Assembly (NCBI GenBank): GCA_002392765.1
Contig: DGHT01000015.1
Location: forward strand, 16,531 to 46,951
DNA from: Verrucomicrobia bacterium UBA3841
GTDB taxonomy: Bacteria; Verrucomicrobiota; Kiritimatiellia; RFP12; UBA1067
Direction of reading: 5' to 3'
Length of the DNA stretch: 30,421 bases
Shown here: one piece after another, positions 20,801-27,212 of the stretch
Position numbering within the stretch: position 1 is the stretch's first letter
How the letters are laid out: each line of letters opens with the position of its first letter
Notes under the pieces: model-generated
The model's database searches: none
What the model was told of the DNA's origin: nothing
What the model saw: only the letters and a program-made list of their open reading frames with translations
Program-made: the position numbers and the translations under genes

Positions 20801-21084
20801 TGAACGATGGCTATATCCCCCGTCCTCTCGACACATCGGACATATCCCTGCCCGAATCGCTCGTTGCGCTAATCGAGGCGTTGGCGGAGAATGTGCATGA
20901 CACATGGGCCAAAGGGCGAATGGACGGGGGCTGGACATACGGTCCGGTCCGCGACGACGCGAAGAAACAGCACCCCGGCCTAGTCCCGTACGCCGATCTC
21001 CCCGAATCCGAAAAGGCATACGACCGCGCCACGGCAATTTCGACGCTGAAGTTCATCTGCAAGAAGGGGTATTCTATCAAATGA
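20800..21084 (+). CDS. Stand-alone RyR-domain protein
   Basis: 94 aa. LAENVHDTWAKGRMDGGWTYGPVRDDAKKQHPGLVPYADLPESEKAYDRAT matches my memory of the RyR (ryanodine receptor repeat) domain consensus. TGATG overlap upstream and ATGA overlap downstream. Confidence 0.7.
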   Translation: MNDGYIPRPLDTSDISLPESLVALIEALAENVHDTWAKGRMDGGWTYGPVRDDAKKQHPGLVPYADLPESEKAYDRATAISTLKFICKKGYSIK

Positions 21085-22415
21085 CAGCTAATGAAGAACA
21101 TAGATGCCTGACGGAGTTCAAGGAACATCATTGGGACATGCTGCTTGATTACATCGGGCAGGGGCGTGTAGTGCCTGTATTAGGTCCGGAACTTTTGGTC
21201 GCAAATGAGGCGGGGCGAAGTGTTCCGTTCTATCAGGAGGTCTCTAGACGACTTGCACATCACTTCGACATGCCTGAAATTGAATCTGAGACGGTTAATG
21301 ATTTCATGTCCCGTTTTTTGAAGGGGAACAATACGGTAAAGATGGCTCGAACCGGCTTAATTAAGGTGTTGAAGGAACTCGAAGATCAACCGCAACCGTC
21401 TCTTCGGAAACTGGCATCGATAAATGCCTTCAAACTCTACCTGACGACAACGCCGGATAATCTGCTTGCAAAGGCATTGACCGCTTGCGGGACAGATCCT
21501 GATGTGTACTTCTTTAGTACCAATTACAAGCGCCGGAGCGACTTGCCGGACAAAAAACTGCTAGGTCGCCAACGTTACATTTATCACCTCTATGGGAAAG
21601 CTGCGCCATGTTTTGAGTATGCCATTTCAGAGGACGATCGCCTCTTGTTTTCGTGCGAATGGATGGATTCGCAGGTTAAGCCGAGGAATCTGCTGTCTTA
21701 TTTGGCGGACAAGTATCTATTGATTCTCGGATGCGGGTATGAAAATTGGCAAGCGCGCTTTTTCCTGTTTGGACTTAAGGGGGCGGAGTTGTTCTCCAAC
21801 ATTTGGGATGCAAGCAGCCTGTTGGCGGATTCGCACACCCGAAATGATGCCCAGCTTGACCGATTCCTCTCAAGGTGCAGAGGGAATATCTATTACGAAG
21901 GCGGGGCGATCAAGTTCGTGGACGAACTTTGCAAACGATTGGAGAATACTCCTGCCGTACCGTCAGAGAGGGAGGGTGATACGTTTGAGAAGGGCAGCAT
22001 CTTTATCAGCTATGCCAGCGAGGACAAAGAAGCCGCGCTCAAGATCAAGCGGCGCTTGGAGTCGTTTAGTCTTCCTGTTTGGCTTGACAAGTTTAGATTG
22101 GAAAGCGGTTCTGACTACGATGCGCGCATAGAGAACAACATAAGGAACAGCGCGCTCTTTATCCCAATCCTTTCTCAAACGACTGCGCAGACGGCTGAAC
22201 CACGCTACTTCCGCAAGGAATGGAATATTGCCGTAGACCAGTCGCTTAGGAGCTCCCCGAAAATTCCTTTTATTCACCCCATCGCACTTGATGGCGTCGA
22301 ACCTTGCGACAACATTCCCGGTGCGATAAATAAGGTTCATTGGATACACGCGCCAGGAGGCGAACTGAATGAATGCGACATTGACCGGCTTATTGATCTG
22401 ATCGCACAACTGTAG
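21081..22415 (+). CDS. SIR2-like (SIR2_2-type) domain fused to a C-terminal TIR domain
   Basis: The N-terminal half has, in SIR2_2 order, VVPVLGPELL, YLTTTPDNLL, IYHLYGK and LLILGCGYENWQARFF. The C-terminal part (from 21993) is TIR-like: IFISYASEDKE...LPVWLDKFRLESGSDY...ALFIPILSQ...YFRKEW. The listed ORF start at 20904 is an out-of-frame extension into the RyR gene. Confidence 0.65.
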   Translation: MTANEEHRCLTEFKEHHWDMLLDYIGQGRVVPVLGPELLVANEAGRSVPFYQEVSRRLAHHFDMPEIESETVNDFMSRFLKGNNTVKMARTGLIKVLKELEDQPQPSLRKLASINAFKLYLTTTPDNLLAKALTACGTDPDVYFFSTNYKRRSDLPDKKLLGRQRYIYHLYGKAAPCFEYAISEDDRLLFSCEWMDSQVKPRNLLSYLADKYLLILGCGYENWQARFFLFGLKGAELFSNIWDASSLLADSHTRNDAQLDRFLSRCRGNIYYEGGAIKFVDELCKRLENTPAVPSEREGDTFEKGSIFISYASEDKEAALKIKRRLESFSLPVWLDKFRLESGSDYDARIENNIRNSALFIPILSQTTAQTAEPRYFRKEWNIAVDQSLRSSPKIPFIHPIALDGVEPCDNIPGAINKVHWIHAPGGELNECDIDRLIDLIAQL

Positions 22416-22426
22416 GAGGCGTGTAT

Positions 22427-25400
22427 ATGTCTAATAATGTTTTCAAGTCCGCGTGGCCAGGTCTGAATTCCTACGAAGAGGAAGATCAATCCCGTTTCTT
22501 CGGAAGGGACAGGGAGATTGATCTTTTGAAGGATGTCATCGGCACTGAATCGTTATGTACGATTTACGGTGTTTCCGGCGTCGGGAAGACATCCCTGTTG
22601 CAGGCTGGTGTTTTCCCAGAGTTGCGGGCGCGTTGTTTCCTGCCAGTGTATTTGCGTCTGGGACATGACAAAATTGACAGGCCGTATGCAGCCCAAATCA
22701 TTGAAGGATGCCTCGCGGCGGCGCGGAAGTCAAGACTTGAGGTGGTAGAGACATGTCAGGCGCTGGGGGCGTCCGAACATGAGACGCTATGGGAATGGTT
22801 TCACAGGCATGAATTTTTGAACGCCGTCAAGAAAGTCGTGCGCCCGGTTCTTGTCATCGACCAGTTCGAGGAAGTGTTCACACAGGGGAGTGACAAGGCT
22901 GAAAAAGAGTCTTGGTTTGATGAATTGACCGACCTGTGTTCCAACAGCGTTCCGGAATCTGTTGCAGATTTCATGTCTAATTCTGAAAATGATTTGGCTT
23001 TCCAAACAGAGAACCAGACCTGGCGCACGGTAATCTGTTTGAGAGAAGATTTTCTCTCGCGTCTAGAAGAGCGAACTGTTGAGTACCCGATATTCAAGCG
23101 GAACCGCATATCAATAGGGCCGTTGAGTGCCGAAAACGCAATAGAGGCGGTACTGAAAGGCGGAGATGGAATTGTCGATCTGACAGTCGCCGAATGTATC
23201 GTAAGGTATGTAGGAGGTTCGGCCGGGAAAATTGAGACCCCATTGCTTTCGTTGTTTTGTTCGCGTCTTGACATCCTTCGGCAAAGGGCTGGGTTGCCGA
23301 AGATCTCGCAGGAACTCGTCGAAGGAAACAAGGGTAAGATACTGAACAGTTTCTACGATGAATCGATGGGGCTTGTTTCGGCGTCATCCCGCGACTATCT
23401 TGAGGCGAATCTTCTGAACGAGGGGGGCTACCGGACGCCGGTACAACTCGATGAGGCGGAACGGAACGGTGTCCGGCCCGAAGAATGGAAAACACTTGAA
23501 AGAGTTCGCCTGTTACATGTGATTTCACGTGACAATGTACAGTGGTTGGAATTTAGTCATGACACCTTGGCGCCGGTTGCGAAAAGCGCACTTGAAAGGC
23601 GAAAAGCGGACAGGGAACGGCATGTGATGCAGGAGAAGTTGGCTCGTTCACGTCGTCGCACCAGAAGGCTCTTCTATGCATTTGTCGGCTTTGTCGGCTT
23701 TATATGCATCGCATCGTTTGCAACGTGGTTTCTGTTCTACAAGGAACATGTTGCGTACTATAGGGAATTTACCAAGAAATGGGGATGTCCAGTTGGGGTC
23801 GGTGCGCCGCTTACGATGGAACAGGTGCGCCACAGGGAATGCAGTTTTAGAATGAAGCGAAAGGGTCTGTATTCGCGGCGCGGCTTCCATTTTGAACCCA
23901 CCTATGCATATCGCGTCGAGGCTGTCAACGGTCGTCTGCAACCGACGACCGCACATGGGATGGTGACGTATTTGTGGGGAGGGGAAAATACAGCAAAACA
24001 GATGCAGAAAGAATTGGATAAGCGGAATTCAAATTATAAAGGGGACGCAAAAAGCGTTGGTAAAGACAACGCAAATGACAACCGCAAAAGTGGCTATTTG
24101 ACGTCAACGAAACTGGGAACAGTTTGCACATGGGAATTCATGTGTGACAAAGATGGTTTGCCGGAACGCGAAATCGGCTATGACGAAAAGGGCGAAATAG
24201 TATGGATGATGCCGTATGCCGTGGAAGCCACTGCAAATAGCGGGAAGCCAGAGTCTGCGATTGTGCATTTTACAATGAAAGACAGTTATTCGGTGAGACA
24301 GCGGCTGGACGATGCAGAATATGTAAGAATAACATACGACGATAAAAGCGGTTATGAAACAAAATACGAGTTCCTCGATAGGTATGGTAATGAAACCATA
24401 GGACCGGATGGTGTGTATGCGCGATCTCGAGAGTATTATTCTTCGGGGCGACTTAAGAAGCACGCCTCTTTGGATGTAGCAGGGAATTACATCATTGACC
24501 TGGCTGGGAATACAGGCCTGCGGTATGAGTATTCAGATGACAATCGGGAAATGCGCGTCACATCATTTGGTACAAACGAAGAGGCAAAGGCTTTAAACGA
24601 TGGATGGGTAAAATGTGTGCAGCGATATGACGAATGGGGAAATCTTGCGGAGCAAAGTTTCTACGATGCGACAAATCGGCTGGCTCTTTCCGATGGATGG
24701 CCGAGTGCCATCGTTGAAAGGGATTCCTATGGTCTCAAACAATCAGTGACATTGAGGGGGCAGATGTCCAATGGAGAAGATTTGGAACAATATGTTCTTT
24801 TTGATGTCGAGGGCAATGCGACAAACGTAGTGTGGCGCAATGCAAATGACAAAAGACCTAGCTGTAAGCCGGGAACTGAAGTACACATGATCTGCCGAGA
24901 GTATGCAGGCAAGGACAGGGCTTCGGTCGAGTGGTATTTAGATGTGAATAATGAGGCGATCACAAATGAATATGGCGTTGCCAGGGATGTGAGTATATAT
25001 GACACATCAACAGGCATGCTCGACACGAATAACCTTTACGCCCTGCCAGGACAAGGTGGAGCGCTAGGATACACCAATGTCCATCATTCATGTACGAGTT
25101 TTGATGGGTTCGGAAACCAGACCGGAGAAAGGTATTTTGATGCGGATGGGAATCCTACTGCGGATAACAACGGTGTATTTGAGTGTAAGTACTTGTGGCA
25201 GGGTGGCTATAAGGTTAGAGATGACTACCTTGCGCCGAATGGCAAAGGCGGGGTTGGGGGCGGCACAAACGTGCATCACATGGTGAAAATCTACAAGACA
25301 GTCAATGGTGCGAATCTTTGCGTGTGCGAGAAGTATTATGGTTGCGACGAAAGCCCGGTCGCGAACAATTACGGCGTAGCGAGAGTGGAATATACGTATG

Positions 25401-26440
25401 ACACAGCCGGCGTTGAAAGACGCCGAGATATGTATTCGGCGGATGCCGCCGGAGGAATCTGGGGGTGCACAAATCTATGCCATGTACTTGAGACGCGTGA
25501 TGAAAGGGGAAACACCGAGACGCAGCAGTGTTTTGACAGGGATGGGCGATATGTCGCATCTGACGGCACTGGGATGGTTGTTGGTCGTATGTCTTACTTT
25601 CCCGGTTCAGGCGATAATCCGCCCGTCATATCCATGCTTGATGGTTTCTCAATGCCGACGGTTGGCTTTGGCAATGACGGAAGAAGATGCAGGGTGACGC
25701 GATTCTACCGTAAAGACGGAGGAGAAAGAAGGACTGAAGAAGTAGATTTCAGCGGTAATCGCCATATTGAGGAAAAGAATACTGACGGTAATGTCACCTC
25801 CGAGGAGTTTGCGGGTGCGAAAGATGGTGGAATTGCCGATTTCAGTCTGCACGGAGTGGCTAAAATCAATCGGTGTTATGGTATAAAACCTGCCACTTTG
25901 TTTGAGCGTATATTCGGTGGGGGAGTCAAGCATAAGGACATTTGTGTGCGCGAAATGTATCTTGATTCATCGGGGAATCCGGTCGTCAATCGTTTTGGTA
26001 TCGCGGGATGGCGCAAGGATACGGATTACTCATCCGGCAAAATTGGGAATACCTTGTACTTTGATGTTTCAAGTAATGAAATGAAAGTTGCCGTAGGCAG
26101 GATTGTGACACCCAGCAGGGTTAGACCGCTCGGTATGGCTGACAAGAATGGAATCAAGGTTGGCGATATAATCTGTCACTACAACGATTATGATATATTG
26201 CGTTCCTCCTTGGATGTCATGGAACAAGTCGTTTCAACCGGGATGAACGATAATAAACGGATTGTCATCGGCAGAAGAAATAAGAATGGCCAATACGACA
26301 TAATCCCATATATATTGCCTCCCGGTGTACTTAATTTTAATCTGGTTGATGTGCCGATTAGCGAGGAGTATTATAAAGAACTTGAACACGACTATAAGGC
26401 GTATCAGGCGTATTGCGAAAAAGAAAGCGGGATGAAGTAA
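22427..26440 (+). CDS. STAND-class P-loop NTPase with TM helix, YD/RHS-like repeat region and PDZ-like C-terminus
   Basis: ATG 7 nt after AGGAGG (22414-22419). The lead-in WPGLNSYEEEDQSRFFGRDRE is followed by Walker A GVSGVGKTS (22568-22594) and Walker B VLVIDQFEEVF. RRRTRR precedes the hydrophobic helix LFYAFVGFVGFICIASFATWFLFY (23669-23740). About 24100-26070 carries repeated YD..GN / FD.DGNP.....GV motifs. The C-terminal part is GIKVGDII...GRRNKNGQYD...LVDV. Confidence 0.7.
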   Translation: MSNNVFKSAWPGLNSYEEEDQSRFFGRDREIDLLKDVIGTESLCTIYGVSGVGKTSLLQAGVFPELRARCFLPVYLRLGHDKIDRPYAAQIIEGCLAAARKSRLEVVETCQALGASEHETLWEWFHRHEFLNAVKKVVRPVLVIDQFEEVFTQGSDKAEKESWFDELTDLCSNSVPESVADFMSNSENDLAFQTENQTWRTVICLREDFLSRLEERTVEYPIFKRNRISIGPLSAENAIEAVLKGGDGIVDLTVAECIVRYVGGSAGKIETPLLSLFCSRLDILRQRAGLPKISQELVEGNKGKILNSFYDESMGLVSASSRDYLEANLLNEGGYRTPVQLDEAERNGVRPEEWKTLERVRLLHVISRDNVQWLEFSHDTLAPVAKSALERRKADRERHVMQEKLARSRRRTRRLFYAFVGFVGFICIASFATWFLFYKEHVAYYREFTKKWGCPVGVGAPLTMEQVRHRECSFRMKRKGLYSRRGFHFEPTYAYRVEAVNGRLQPTTAHGMVTYLWGGENTAKQMQKELDKRNSNYKGDAKSVGKDNANDNRKSGYLTSTKLGTVCTWEFMCDKDGLPEREIGYDEKGEIVWMMPYAVEATANSGKPESAIVHFTMKDSYSVRQRLDDAEYVRITYDDKSGYETKYEFLDRYGNETIGPDGVYARSREYYSSGRLKKHASLDVAGNYIIDLAGNTGLRYEYSDDNREMRVTSFGTNEEAKALNDGWVKCVQRYDEWGNLAEQSFYDATNRLALSDGWPSAIVERDSYGLKQSVTLRGQMSNGEDLEQYVLFDVEGNATNVVWRNANDKRPSCKPGTEVHMICREYAGKDRASVEWYLDVNNEAITNEYGVARDVSIYDTSTGMLDTNNLYALPGQGGALGYTNVHHSCTSFDGFGNQTGERYFDADGNPTADNNGVFECKYLWQGGYKVRDDYLAPNGKGGVGGGTNVHHMVKIYKTVNGANLCVCEKYYGCDESPVANNYGVARVEYTYDTAGVERRRDMYSADAAGGIWGCTNLCHVLETRDERGNTETQQCFDRDGRYVASDGTGMVVGRMSYFPGSGDNPPVISMLDGFSMPTVGFGNDGRRCRVTRFYRKDGGERRTEEVDFSGNRHIEEKNTDGNVTSEEFAGAKDGGIADFSLHGVAKINRCYGIKPATLFERIFGGGVKHKDICVREMYLDSSGNPVVNRFGIAGWRKDTDYSSGKIGNTLYFDVSSNEMKVAVGRIVTPSRVRPLGMADKNGIKVGDIICHYNDYDILRSSLDVMEQVVSTGMNDNKRIVIGRRNKNGQYDIIPYILPPGVLNFNLVDVPISEEYYKELEHDYKAYQAYCEKESGMK

Positions 26441-26508
26441 TGACATCTAAGCGAACGCTTACGGGTTTCCGCGGATTATATCCGGCATATTAGGTTGTTT
26501 TGCGACAG

Positions 26509-26542
26509 ATGCGGAGCATGCTCCGCATTATTATTGTGTTTT
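26509..26542 (+). terminator. Putative intrinsic terminator closing the 7-gene operon
   Basis: Perfect 20-bp palindrome atgcggagcatgctccgcat (26509-26528), immediately followed by tattattgtgtttt. Confidence 0.55.
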
Positions 26543-26565
26543 GATATGAATTATGGTATACTTGT

Positions 26566-27060
26566 GTGCAAAATGAGGATTTGAACATGATAGATCGTCC
26601 TTATGGGCTTAAGTGGCTTTGGCAATGGAAAGACCATGAGCCGATAAAAGTCGTCACCGGCATACGACGGTGCGGCAAATCGACATTGCTTTCAATGTTT
26701 CAGGAGCAATTGCGCGAAGACGGCATCAACGCCGATCAGATTGTCGCAATCAACTTTGAGCATCCGGATTTCATGGAACTTGACAATTCCGCCGCCGTAT
26801 GGAAATACTTGAAGCCGAAAATTGCCCAGGGACGAAATGCATACGTTTTCCTTGATGAAATTCAGCGTGTAAGAGACTTTGAAAAGGTGGTTGACGGACT
26901 TTTGTGCTGCCTGGCGTTGATGTCCTGTTGCGCTTGATGCCGTGGTACGATACATCTTCGACAACATCGGGAATCTCACGAGCATGCGGAATATCGCGAC
27001 AGTCCTGAAGTCTGAAGGCGTTTCAATTGATGCTTCTTCTGTTGAGGACTATGTCTCCGC
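26566..27060 (+). pseudogene. Decayed AAA_14 / DUF4143-family ATPase gene
   Basis: The N-terminal fragment has Walker A GIRRCGKST and Walker B VFLDEIQ, then a premature stop at 26935-26937. A second fragment in another frame (from 26942) reads VRYIFDNIGNLTSMRNIATVLK..SVEDYVSAL, like the DUF4143 part. Intact family members are, from memory, roughly 400 aa. Confidence 0.6.
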
Positions 27061-27063
27061 CCT

Positions 27064-27112
27064 GTGCGGCACGGGCGGTCGGCGGCGAATGGCGTTGCGA
27101 TCGTGTATAGTC
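27064..27112 (+). pseudogene. 49-nt fragment of a histidine phosphatase gene 5' end
   Basis: Ungapped alignment to 29067-29115 matches at 42 of 49 nt, including 27 of the first 28. It translates to VRHGRSAANGVAIVYS against VRHGRSAANEDPTVYS in the intact gene. There is no start codon in frame. Confidence 0.7.
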
Positions 27113-27212
27113 TACGGTATTGGCGATGTAGTTTAAGAATTTTGTGAAATTTAAGTTGGAAATTGCAAGATAAATGTGGCGATAAAACTGTACCATCTAT
27201 TGGAGTTGCGAA

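Noticed and set aside
18929-21037. 702-aa minus-strand ORF across the RyR genes
   Set aside because: It is antisense to two + strand ORFs that carry recognisable RyR and Rossmann motifs and have RBS/overlap coupling. Its own sequence is Arg/Pro-rich with no motif.
18533-22415. Classifying the SIR2 and TIR genes as a Thoeris system
   Set aside because: Thoeris has separate ThsA (SIR2, or TM, plus SLOG or Macro sensor) and ThsB (TIR) proteins. Here SIR2-like and TIR are fused, I could find no SLOG or Macro segment, and the partners are RyR and STAND proteins.
22427-26440. Calling the STAND protein an Avs (AVAST) family member
   Set aside because: The Avs proteins I know carry an N-terminal effector domain and a cytosolic TPR-like sensor. 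This protein has no N-terminal effector, has a predicted TM helix and has YD-like repeats. Family membership cannot be decided by eye.
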